Below are positions 47,033 through 55,174 of a stretch of DNA of 55,174 nucleotides, in pieces (the stretch's first letter is position 1; every line of letters begins with the position of its first letter). A model generated the notes under the pieces. It made no database searches. It was not told the DNA's origin and saw only the letters and a list, made by a program, of their open reading frames with translations. A program made the translations under genes and the position numbers. Source of the stretch: Flavobacteriales bacterium (GTDB taxonomy: Bacteria > Bacteroidota > Bacteroidia > Flavobacteriales > BACL11). The stretch covers positions 1 to 55,174 of the forward strand of contig JABICI010000141.1 of NCBI GenBank assembly GCA_018652335.1. Reading direction: 5' to 3'.

Positions 47033-48162
47033 TGGTAAGCATAATAAAAAACATCAAATTTAAAGGAGATTTTACGATCTGGATTGTTGTTTTTGGACTA
47101 TCATTATTTTCAATAATGATAGTATACTCTGCTGCAGGTTGGGTTGATTTAACCGGTCATATAGTTAAGTTATTTATTGGTTTATTTGCAATGTATATTG
47201 TTCACTTAATACCATTTAAATATTTTTCAAAATTAGGTCAAATTGGATTTTTTGTATCAGTATTGTTGTTGATAATGGTCTTTTTAATAGGAGTATCAGT
47301 TAATGGTGCATCAAGATGGGTAAGTGTAGCAGGATTACAATTTCAACCATCAGATATAGCTAAACTTACTATTATATTATTTATGGCACGTCAGATTAGT
47401 ATTAATAGAGATAATCTAAATAATTTATTTAGTTTTTTAAAATTTGTTCTCGCTCCATTGCTTTTAGTCTGTATGTTAATTTTGCCTAATAACTTTTCTA
47501 CAGCAGCACTAATCTTTATAAATGGAATAGTTTTAATGTTTATAGCTAAGATAAAGGTTAATTTGATTGCAAAAGTGTTAGGTTATTCCTTTCTGTTAGC
47601 AATTCTAATTTACGGATCAGCAAAATTTACACCTTTTGGAACGAAAATATTTCCAAGGTCAGCTACATGGGTCAGTAGAATTGATAGTTATTTCATTAGT
47701 GATAGTACTGAACGGATGGATAAAGATTATCAACAAACACAAGCCCTAGTTGCAATACAAAATGGCTCTTTTTTTGGGCTTGGTCCAGGTAAAAGTACCC
47801 AAAGAAATATTTTACCATATTCAGAATCAGATTTTATATTTGCAATAATCATAGAAGAGTATGGCTTAGTAGGTGGGTGCGTGATTTTATTATCTTACTT
47901 AATATTGCTTTTTAGATCTATTAGGATTTCATTAACAACTAAAAGTATATTTGGTAGCTTAATTGTTGTCTCGTTGATGTTTTCTTTAGTTTTTCAAGCT
48001 CTTGTAAATATACTTGTTTCAATTGGAGTATTTCCTGTTACAGGGCAGACACTTCCTTTGATTAGTATGGGAGGCACATCTTTAGTATTTACTTTTATTT
48101 CTTTAGGTGTAATGTTAAGTGTTAGTAGAACTTCTATAAAAGGTGAATATGAGAAAGCTTAA
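47032..48162 (+). CDS. ftsW: SEDS-family cell division protein FtsW
   Basis: 376-aa polytopic ORF with the FQPSDIAKL motif at the expected dcw position between murD and murG. Confidence 0.88.
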   Translation: MVSIIKNIKFKGDFTIWIVVFGLSLFSIMIVYSAAGWVDLTGHIVKLFIGLFAMYIVHLIPFKYFSKLGQIGFFVSVLLLIMVFLIGVSVNGASRWVSVAGLQFQPSDIAKLTIILFMARQISINRDNLNNLFSFLKFVLAPLLLVCMLILPNNFSTAALIFINGIVLMFIAKIKVNLIAKVLGYSFLLAILIYGSAKFTPFGTKIFPRSATWVSRIDSYFISDSTERMDKDYQQTQALVAIQNGSFFGLGPGKSTQRNILPYSESDFIFAIIIEEYGLVGGCVILLSYLILLFRSIRISLTTKSIFGSLIVVSLMFSLVFQALVNILVSIGVFPVTGQTLPLISMGGTSLVFTFISLGVMLSVSRTSIKGEYEKA

Positions 48163-49249
48163 AATTATTATTAGTGGTGGTGGTACTGGAGGGCATATAT
48201 TTCCTGCTATAGCAATAGCTAAATCAATAGAAAAAAGCGTATTAGATGTTGAATTCTTATTTGTTGGCGCAAATGATAGAATGGAAATGCAAAAAGTTCC
48301 AGCCGAAGGATATAGAATTATTGGCCTTTGGATAAGTGGAATTCAAAGAGGTTTTAGTAAAAGAAACATTCTATTTCCTTTTAAAGTTCTTCACAGTATC
48401 GTTAAAGCAAAAAATATAGTAAAAGAGTTCAAGCCAGATTTAGCTATTGGAACAGGTGGTTATGCTAGTGCACCTTTATTATATGTTGCTGCAAAAAAGG
48501 GGATTCCTACTTTAATTCAAGAACAAAACTCCTATCCTGGAATAACTAATAAGATCTTGAGTAAATATGTGCAGAAAATATGTGTTGCCTACGATGGTAT
48601 GGATCGATTCTTCTCTACTGAAAAGCTTATTCATACTGGCAATCCAATTAGGCGTGAAATATTAGGTTTTGAATCTAAAAAAGTGATAGCTAGTATGCAG
48701 TTTAAAATTGATGTATCTAAACCTACAATTTTAGTTATTGGAGGAAGCTTAGGTGCATTATCTATAAATAATGCAATAGCAAATAATATACAATTAATAA
48801 TGAACTTAGGCATAAATTTAATTTGGCAGACAGGGGCCATGTTTAAAATTAGATCTGAAGAATGTCTATTAGGTATTAATTCAGATAGAGTTAGTGTACA
48901 TACTTTTATAGAAGAAATGGATCATGCTTATGCAGTTTCTGATATAATAATTTCTAGAGCAGGTGCTATTGCGATTTCAGAACTTTGTTGTATTGGTAAG
49001 CCTGTTATATTAATACCGTCCCCAAATGTGTCTGAGAATCATCAATATAAAAATGCACAATCACTAGTTAATAAGAATGCTGCTCTTCTTGTAGAGGATT
49101 CGAATGCAAATAGTAAACTTGTATATACTCTTAAAGATTTATTAAATAATGAGGATCTTATGGTTTCTTTAGGTAGTAATATTAAAAAAATTGCTGTGAC
49201 AAATGCAGCTGATAAAATTGCAAAAATTGCATTAGGATTAGTTAAATGA
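48143..49249 (+). CDS. murG: UDP-N-acetylglucosamine--N-acetylmuramyl-(pentapeptide) pyrophosphoryl-undecaprenol GlcNAc transferase
   Basis: IISGGGTGGHIFPAIAIA N-terminal motif and a GT28 C-terminal domain. The start may instead be ATG 48149. Confidence 0.9.
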   Translation: MNMRKLKIIISGGGTGGHIFPAIAIAKSIEKSVLDVEFLFVGANDRMEMQKVPAEGYRIIGLWISGIQRGFSKRNILFPFKVLHSIVKAKNIVKEFKPDLAIGTGGYASAPLLYVAAKKGIPTLIQEQNSYPGITNKILSKYVQKICVAYDGMDRFFSTEKLIHTGNPIRREILGFESKKVIASMQFKIDVSKPTILVIGGSLGALSINNAIANNIQLIMNLGINLIWQTGAMFKIRSEECLLGINSDRVSVHTFIEEMDHAYAVSDIIISRAGAIAISELCCIGKPVILIPSPNVSENHQYKNAQSLVNKNAALLVEDSNANSKLVYTLKDLLNNEDLMVSLGSNIKKIAVTNAADKIAKIALGLVK

Positions 49250-50625
49250 ACGTAGATCTATATAAGAATATCTTTTTTGTTGGTATTGGCGGTATTGGAA
49301 TGAGCGCTCTAGCTCGATATTTTAATAAAAAAAATAAATCTGTATATGGCTATGACATGACTAAATCTGATTTATGCATACAACTTCAAAATGAAGGGGT
49401 TGAAATTATCTATAATGATAATTCCAGTAATATTTTTAAGGAAATATACCAATCAGATACTAATGAAACATTAATTATATACACTCCCGCGATACCTTCA
49501 GATAATAACATTTTACAATTTTTTAATGACAGATCTTTTGAGATAATTAAAAGATCTGAGGCTCTGGGGTATATCTCTAAAGATGCATACACTGTCGCTA
49601 TTGCAGGAACACATGGCAAAACTACCACATCTACAATGCTGGCACATATTCTTAAGTCATCAGGTAATAATCCAACTGCTTTTCTAGGTGGAATTAGTCA
49701 TAATTATAACACAAATTTCTTATTTTCTGAATCCAGTAGTATATTAATAGTAGAGGCTGATGAGTTTGACAGATCTTTCCTACATCTACATGCTGATATT
49801 GCAATTATTACATCTATTGATGTCGATCATTTGGATGTTTATAATGATAAAAGTGATTTGTTGTTAGCGTTCAATCAATTCGCAGCTCAGATAAAGCTAA
49901 ATGGGTTTTTAGTAATTGAAGACTCAGTTAAGCATGAAATAGAACTCAATAAACAAATAAATATTGAAAGTTATTCTACAAGTTCTATTTGTGATTATTA
50001 TTCAGAAAATATTAGCTGTAATAATAGTAAGATGATTTTTGACATGAAGTTTTGCAAAAATAAGTTTATTAATAATATTGAGCTAAATATGCCAGGTAAC
50101 CATAATGTAAGTAACGCAATGTCTGCAATAATTGTTTCATCATACTTAGGTGTAGATAAAAGTAATATTAAAAAAGCTATAAAAACTTTTAATGGAGTGT
50201 ACAGAAGATTTGATATACATATTGATAATAAAAAACTAGTTTACATAGATGATTATGCTCATCATCCTGAGGAGGTTTTAGCTACAATTAACACTACAAA
50301 GATAATGTATCCATCAAGAAAAATTACGGTTGTTTTTCAGCCACATTTATTTAGTAGAACAAAAGATTTTGCAAAAGAATTTTCAGTTTCTCTTAAAGAT
50401 GCTGATGATCTTGTTTTGTTAGATATTTTTCCTGCAAGAGAAAATCCAATTGAAGGAATCGACTCATATATGTTGTTAAATTTATGTACAAATAATGAAA
50501 AAGAAGTATGTACTAAAGATTCTTTAATTCCATTACTCAAAAATAAAAAAATTGACATATTACTAACATTAGGTGCAGGTGATGTTAGTACTTTAGTACA
50601 ACCAATAAAACATATGTTAAACTAA
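49246..50625 (+). CDS. murC: UDP-N-acetylmuramate--L-alanine ligase
   Basis: 459 aa with FVGIGGIGMSALA and IAGTHGKTTT. ATGA overlap with murG. Confidence 0.9.
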   Translation: MNVDLYKNIFFVGIGGIGMSALARYFNKKNKSVYGYDMTKSDLCIQLQNEGVEIIYNDNSSNIFKEIYQSDTNETLIIYTPAIPSDNNILQFFNDRSFEIIKRSEALGYISKDAYTVAIAGTHGKTTTSTMLAHILKSSGNNPTAFLGGISHNYNTNFLFSESSSILIVEADEFDRSFLHLHADIAIITSIDVDHLDVYNDKSDLLLAFNQFAAQIKLNGFLVIEDSVKHEIELNKQINIESYSTSSICDYYSENISCNNSKMIFDMKFCKNKFINNIELNMPGNHNVSNAMSAIIVSSYLGVDKSNIKKAIKTFNGVYRRFDIHIDNKKLVYIDDYAHHPEEVLATINTTKIMYPSRKITVVFQPHLFSRTKDFAKEFSVSLKDADDLVLLDIFPARENPIEGIDSYMLLNLCTNNEKEVCTKDSLIPLLKNKKIDILLTLGAGDVSTLVQPIKHMLN

Positions 50626-51344
50626 TGAATAAAGGAGTTACATTTTTTATAAATTTAATACTAATTGTTATTTTAATAGGATTAACTTCTGTGACAAATG
50701 ACAGACAAAGTGTTCAAGAAAATAAATTAAAAGAAATTATAATTATAAAATCGAATAATAATTTTGTGAATAAATCTCAACTGTTAGATTTTCTTGAGCG
50801 TAATAACATTCAGCTTGATATGCTTATTTCTGATTCATACAGTAAAGATAAATTAGAAAAGTTAGTTGAATCTCATGCAGGTATTAAAGATGTTGACGTC
50901 TTTTCAAATCAGAAAGGAGAAATTAAGATTAGAGTTCAACAAAAAAAAGCTATTGCTAGAGTGAAAAGTAGTACTGATGATTATTTTTTAGATGAATATG
51001 GGTTTGAGATGTTGAAGCCTGATAATTGTACTCAGAAACTGATAGTTTTTACTGGAGATATTTCAAATAATGATCACAAGGAGATATTTTCTTTAATTAA
51101 TACAATTAATCGTTCAGAATTTTGGAGTGCTCAAATAACTCAAGTTCATTTTGAAGATGATGATGTCATATTAATCCCTAGAGTTGGTAATCACAAAATA
51201 AAAGTAGGTGATCTTAGAGGTATCTACGAAAAACTTGATAAACTATATCACTTTTATAAAGTTGTTATACCAAATAAGGGCTGGGATTTTTACAAGGAAA
51301 TTAATTTAAAATATAACAATCAAATTGTTTGTACAAAAAAATAA
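50625..51344 (+). CDS. ftsQ: Cell division protein FtsQ/DivIB-like
   Basis: 239-aa bitopic ORF with a POTRA-like region, at the ftsQ position between murC and ftsA. Confidence 0.7.
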   Translation: MNKGVTFFINLILIVILIGLTSVTNDRQSVQENKLKEIIIIKSNNNFVNKSQLLDFLERNNIQLDMLISDSYSKDKLEKLVESHAGIKDVDVFSNQKGEIKIRVQQKKAIARVKSSTDDYFLDEYGFEMLKPDNCTQKLIVFTGDISNNDHKEIFSLINTINRSEFWSAQITQVHFEDDDVILIPRVGNHKIKVGDLRGIYEKLDKLYHFYKVVIPNKGWDFYKEINLKYNNQIVCTKK

Positions 51345-51349
51345 ATAAA

Positions 51350-52657
51350 ATGGAAGATAGTTTGAAATATTTACCAGAAGGATCTTACATGGTTGGACTT
51401 GATATTGGTACAACAAAAATATCTGTAATGATAGGTAAAAAAAATCAGTATGGTAAGCTAGAAATTCTTGGTTCAGGTCGAGCAATTTCAATTGGAGTTA
51501 CAAGAGGAATTGTTTCTAATATTGATAAAACAGTTTCATCAATAATGTCAGCTATCAATGAAGCCAAGCAAAAGTCAGGAGTAGATTTTAAAGATGTTTT
51601 TGTTGGGATAGCAGGGCAACATATTAAAAGTCTTCAGCACAGAGGACAGATTGTTAGAGATAATGTTGATGTTGAAATTGTAAAAGCAGATATTGACAAA
51701 TTAAAATCCAATATGTTTAAACTTATTACAATACCAGGTGAAGAGGTTATTCATGTTATACCGCAAGAATATACTGTTGATGGTGAAGACGGTATTGAAG
51801 ATCCTATTGGAATGGCAGGCGTAAAACTTGAGGCAAATTTTCATGTAATTACAGCTCAAGTAGGTGCTGTTAGAAATATTATGAAATGTGTAGAAAAATC
51901 TGGTTTAACTCCAGTTGATTTAGTCTTGGAGCCGTTTGCATCTGCTCTTGCAACTCTAGATGCTGATGAGTTGCGTGAAGGAGTTGCACTTGTTGATATA
52001 GGAGGAGGAACAACTGATGTGGCAATTTTTTTAGGAAATATTATTAGACATACGGCAGTTATACCATTTGGAGGAAATGTAATTACAAAAGATATTAAAA
52101 GTGGATTGGAAATTTTAGAAAATCAAGCAGAACTTCTTAAAACAAAATTTGGCTCAGCTATGTATACCGATGACCAAGAGAATGTGATGGTTTCTATACC
52201 AGGATTAAGAGGACGTCCAGCTAAAGAGATTGCTATTAGGAATTTATCTGAAATAATAGGTGCTAGATACAAAGAAATCATAGATTTAGTATACCATGAA
52301 ATCAAAGCTTCAGGCTATGAAAGTAAACTGATGACAGGAATTGTTCTTACAGGAGGTGGATCTTTGATAAAGAACTTAAAGCAGCTTGTTGCTTACGTTT
52401 CAGGCAAAGAAACTCGCATTGGATATCCTAATGAACATCTTGGATCTGATTCTAAAGATTTGGTAGTTAGCCCTATGTATTCAACAGGTGTTGGACTAGT
52501 TTTAAAAGGGTTTGAATATCTGGATCAGAATCCAGAAAAGTTTAAATCATTAGTAACAATTAAGGATAATATGGAAAGTTCAAATCAAGAAGATAAAAGC
52601 GAGCTATCATTACTTGATAGGATTGGTGGTTGGTTCACAGATGAAAATGTAGATTAA
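51350..52657 (+). CDS. ftsA: Cell division protein FtsA
   Basis: Actin-fold motifs GLDIGTTKI and DIGGGTTDVA. The start is ambiguous: ATG 51329, 51350 or 51389. I chose 51350, which is 5 nt after the ftsQ stop. Confidence 0.9.
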   Translation: MEDSLKYLPEGSYMVGLDIGTTKISVMIGKKNQYGKLEILGSGRAISIGVTRGIVSNIDKTVSSIMSAINEAKQKSGVDFKDVFVGIAGQHIKSLQHRGQIVRDNVDVEIVKADIDKLKSNMFKLITIPGEEVIHVIPQEYTVDGEDGIEDPIGMAGVKLEANFHVITAQVGAVRNIMKCVEKSGLTPVDLVLEPFASALATLDADELREGVALVDIGGGTTDVAIFLGNIIRHTAVIPFGGNVITKDIKSGLEILENQAELLKTKFGSAMYTDDQENVMVSIPGLRGRPAKEIAIRNLSEIIGARYKEIIDLVYHEIKASGYESKLMTGIVLTGGGSLIKNLKQLVAYVSGKETRIGYPNEHLGSDSKDLVVSPMYSTGVGLVLKGFEYLDQNPEKFKSLVTIKDNMESSNQEDKSELSLLDRIGGWFTDENVD

Positions 52658-52692
52658 AAAATAAATTAAAAAATAAATTAAAAACCATAATT

Positions 52693-54354
52693 ATGAATTC
52701 AATAGAATCAGGAATAGATTTCCAAATGCCAAAAAATCAATCCTCACAAATTAAGGTAATGGGTATTGGAGGAGGAGGTAGCAATGCAGTAAATTATATG
52801 TTTGAACATGGTATAAAAGGAGTTGACTTTGTCATTTGTAATACAGATGCTCAGGCATTAGAGGCTAGCCCTGTACCAAATAAGATTCAGCTTGGTATTG
52901 ATTTGACAGAAGGTTTAGGGGCAGGTTCAAATCCAGATGTAGGAAGGGGAGCTGCTGAGGAAAGTGCAGAAAGAATAACTGAGTTACTAGATGCAAATAC
53001 TAAGATGTTATTTATTACTGCTGGAATGGGAGGTGGAACGGGAACTGGTGCTGCTCCTGTAATTGCAGAAATTGCTAAGGATAAAGGTATATTAACAGTT
53101 GGAGTTGTTACCATTCCTTTTTCAACTGAAGGAGGTAATAGAAGACAATATGCTGAAGAGGGGATTAATCAATTGAAAAATTATGTAGATACACTATTAG
53201 TAATTAATAATGAAAAACTTATTGAAGTATATGGTGATTTAACGTTTACTTCTGCATTTGCAAAAGCTAATGAGGTCTTAAATACTGCTACAAAAGGAAT
53301 AGCTGAAGTTATATCTCAGCATTTATTAGTTAATATTGATTTAAATGATGCTAGAAAAGTTTTAGAGAATAGTGGTACAGCAGTTATGGGGCAAGCTAAA
53401 GTTGAAGGAGAGAATAGAGCAATAGAAGCTGTTATTGAAGCCTTAGACTCACCGCTATTGAATGATAATGATATTACAGGCGCTCAGCAAGTATTGTTAA
53501 AGATTGTAACAGGTGATGGTGAAGGAGAGATAAAGATGTCAGAGTTATCCAAAATTAAAAATAAGATTCAAGAAGCGGCTGGTAGAGATGTTAATATTAT
53601 TGAAGGAATAGGAATTGATACTGATTTAGGTATGTCGATAAGTGTTACTGTCATTGCGACAGGTTTTGAACAACGAAAAAAACCAAAAAATCCAACTACT
53701 ATTAGCTTAAATGATAATTATTTAAATTCTGTGGAATCTAATGCTATAGTTGAAAATGTTGATTTAGGAATTGAGTCCCAAAATGTGTCTAATCATATAC
53801 AACAGACGCTAAATTTAGATGATGAGATAAATGATGAAGTTAATAACATTCAATCTCAAGAGAAGCAAGATAAAGTTGAGCCAATTGACAAAACTGAAGC
53901 TGATTCAGTCTCTGAAAAGATTATTTTTAATCTTAATGATGTATCAGATTATAATACGCAATTAGATGAAACTGCTGAAGAAGTAATAGAATCTATTATT
54001 TTAGAAAAAGAACCAGAAATAACAGGATCAAAGATTGAATTAGATTTAGATAATGAAATCAAAGAGGAATCAACATTAAATACATTTGAGGGCGCGAACT
54101 TAAATACAGAAGGACTGAAAATTGAATCAAGAGAGAGAGAATCTAGATTAAGAAGTATTTCAATGCAATTGCGCACTCCTTCTGGTCTAACTTCACTTGA
54201 AGATATTCCTGCATATAAACGTAATAATATAGATATTAGTGAAACACCTCACTCTTCTGATAGCGAAGTATCATCTTTTACTCTTACAAATGGTGAAAAC
54301 AATATCACAGAGTTAAAACAGAATAACACTTTTCTACATGACAATGTAGATTAA
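52693..54354 (+). CDS. ftsZ: Cell division GTPase FtsZ with a long acidic linker and an extended C-terminus
   Basis: 553 aa with the tubulin signature GGGTGTGAAP, NTDAQAL and a conserved C-terminal peptide-like DIPAYKRNN at 54202..54228. A further 41 aa follow, ending in FLHDNVD. Confidence 0.95.
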   Translation: MNSIESGIDFQMPKNQSSQIKVMGIGGGGSNAVNYMFEHGIKGVDFVICNTDAQALEASPVPNKIQLGIDLTEGLGAGSNPDVGRGAAEESAERITELLDANTKMLFITAGMGGGTGTGAAPVIAEIAKDKGILTVGVVTIPFSTEGGNRRQYAEEGINQLKNYVDTLLVINNEKLIEVYGDLTFTSAFAKANEVLNTATKGIAEVISQHLLVNIDLNDARKVLENSGTAVMGQAKVEGENRAIEAVIEALDSPLLNDNDITGAQQVLLKIVTGDGEGEIKMSELSKIKNKIQEAAGRDVNIIEGIGIDTDLGMSISVTVIATGFEQRKKPKNPTTISLNDNYLNSVESNAIVENVDLGIESQNVSNHIQQTLNLDDEINDEVNNIQSQEKQDKVEPIDKTEADSVSEKIIFNLNDVSDYNTQLDETAEEVIESIILEKEPEITGSKIELDLDNEIKEESTLNTFEGANLNTEGLKIESRERESRLRSISMQLRTPSGLTSLEDIPAYKRNNIDISETPHSSDSEVSSFTLTNGENNITELKQNNTFLHDNVD

Positions 54355-54368
54355 TAATTCTTTACTTG

Positions 54369-54395
54369 CTATGCTAAGCATAGTTCTTCTTTTTA
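54369..54395 (+). terminator. Weak intrinsic terminator candidate after ftsZ (CTATGC-taa-GCATAG then TTCTTCTTTTT)
   Basis: Read directly: a 6-bp stem at 54369..54374 / 54378..54383 with a 3-nt loop, followed by a T-rich run to 54395. The stem is short, so confidence is low. Confidence 0.35.
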
Positions 54396-54402
54396 ATTAA
54401 GA

Positions 54403-54410
54403 TACTTTTG
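54403..54410 (+). promoter_or_regulatory. -7 promoter box (TACTTTTG) for the desaturase gene
   Basis: Exact TAnnTTTG match 41 nt upstream of ATG 54452. Confidence 0.4.
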
Positions 54411-54451
54411 CAAATAAGTTTAACAATGTTTAATAAATAAGTTTGTTGCAA

Positions 54452-55174
54452 ATGACTAAATCTACTCAGATTTTATTTAAAAAAGATAATGATGGTTTTG
54501 CTAAAGAATTAAATTCAACGGTTAAATCAAATTTGTCAAAAGGGGAACTTAAAAGAGCAGTTTTTTTACTTTGGATAAAGCTGTTCTTTTACTTATTATT
54601 TTTCTTTGTCTCTATTTATGTGTTATACATCAATCCATATGGTGATAGTTTCTTATACTTATTGCTTAATTATACTTTAATTGGAACTAGTGGTGTATTG
54701 CTAGCTTTTAATTCTGCCCACGATGCATGTCATCAAACTTTTTCTAAAAAAAAATGGTTAAATGATTTTATCTTTTTTTTTACGTTTAATATGCAGGGAA
54801 CAAGCGCTCGATTATGGAAGATTAGACATTTAGCATCACATCATTTATTCTCAAATGTAGATGGATGTGATGCAGATGTTGATGATAATCCACTAATTAG
54901 ATTTTCACCTAATCACAAAAAGAAAAAGTTCATGAAGTATCAGCATCTTTATTCACCTTTTTTATATTCGCTATACTTTATAGTTTGGATCTTTGCTAAA
55001 GATTTTGTTTACTTGAGTAAAAAAAATCTTGCAAATTTGAAAAATCAGAATTATCCGTTTTGGTATACTATTGAGCTTGTTTTATTAAAACTCTTTTATG
55101 TAGCATATATTATTATTATCCCATATCTCATACTTGAATTTTCATTCTCACAGATTTTAGTTAGCTACTTGCTA
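54452..55174 (+). CDS. Membrane fatty-acid desaturase family protein, N-terminal 241 codons (3' end beyond the window)
   Basis: Absent from the ORF track because it is open at the window edge. My translation MTKSTQILFKKDNDGFAKEL... has TM segments and the histidine boxes HDACH and HLASHH (HxxxH / HxxHH). No stop occurs through base 55174. Confidence 0.75.
   Translation, partial: MTKSTQILFKKDNDGFAKELNSTVKSNLSKGELKRAVFLLWIKLFFYLLFFFVSIYVLYINPYGDSFLYLLLNYTLIGTSGVLLAFNSAHDACHQTFSKKKWLNDFIFFFTFNMQGTSARLWKIRHLASHHLFSNVDGCDADVDDNPLIRFSPNHKKKKFMKYQHLYSPFLYSLYFIVWIFAKDFVYLSKKNLANLKNQNYPFWYTIELVLLKLFYVAYIIIIPYLILEFSFSQILVSYLL

Noticed and set aside
52657-52680. Tandem 12-nt duplication AAAAATAAATTA x2 between ftsA and ftsZ
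   Set aside because: This is a very short, A-rich, low-complexity spacer. It is probably just an unstructured translation-initiation region for ftsZ rather than a functional repeat.
1-55174. Search for CRISPR arrays, tRNA/rRNA genes, riboswitch-sized leaders, transposases/integrases, phage genes, toxin-antitoxin pairs, defence systems and large repeats
   Set aside because: None was found by eye. The longest non-coding stretches are about 200 nt (21271..21477 and 39096..39298) and are accounted for by promoters and the small ORF. Every large ORF except the one at 15003..16778 matches a housekeeping family. I could not run covariance-model or repeat-finder software, so small ncRNAs cannot be excluded.

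Overview
This window is an AT-rich, very gene-dense chromosomal segment. By my tally of the gaps, only about 1 kb of 55 kb is non-coding. It looks like a streamlined member of Bacteroidota, class Flavobacteriia: it has gldB-gldC, repeated TAnnTTTG -7 promoter boxes, and a dcw cluster without murF or ddl.

I can support 53 protein genes, and almost all are core housekeeping:
- Elongasome operon: purH-mreB-mreC-mreD-mrdA-rodA (rodA is cut by the window edge).
- Other minus-strand genes: mfd and a PPi-type phosphofructokinase.
- Aspartokinase followed directly by a three-gene carotenoid-tailoring unit: a CrtD/CrtI-family desaturase, a CruF/DUF422 protein and a fused CrtYcd-type lycopene cyclase.
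- A mixed-function minus-strand operon: mlaE-mlaF-rsmA-mgtE-dehydrogenase.
- feoAB plus a SprT-like gene.
- recQ, kdsD-tatC-lptB, purS-pssA, lnt, nadE, gldBC and yihA.
- A complete dcw cluster: mraZ-rsmH-ftsL-ftsI-murE-mraY-murD-ftsW-murG-murC-ftsQ-ftsA-ftsZ.
- A 5' fragment of a fatty-acid desaturase at the right edge.

I found no tRNA, rRNA, CRISPR array, transposase or integrase, defence island or toxin-antitoxin pair. This is not an accessory region, and I do not see a clear multi-gene novel system.

The best candidates for something undescribed are:
1. An orphan 591-aa protein (15003..16778) with its own promoter next to the carotenoid genes. Its motif order resembles a very divergent FabK/NMO-type flavin TIM barrel with large extra domains.
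2. A shared F-x-x-(D/E)-N-V-D carboxy-terminal tail on both FtsA and FtsZ.
3. An unannotated 42-codon CxxC lipoprotein ORF plus a 10-bp-arm palindrome directly upstream of feoAB.
4. Regulatory architecture: -7 boxes only 4-5 nt from start codons (predicted leaderless mRNAs), zero-gap convergent gene ends, and a triple GTGG 10-bp-phased MraZ-type operator.

All functional calls come from reading motifs and synteny by eye. No database search was run.
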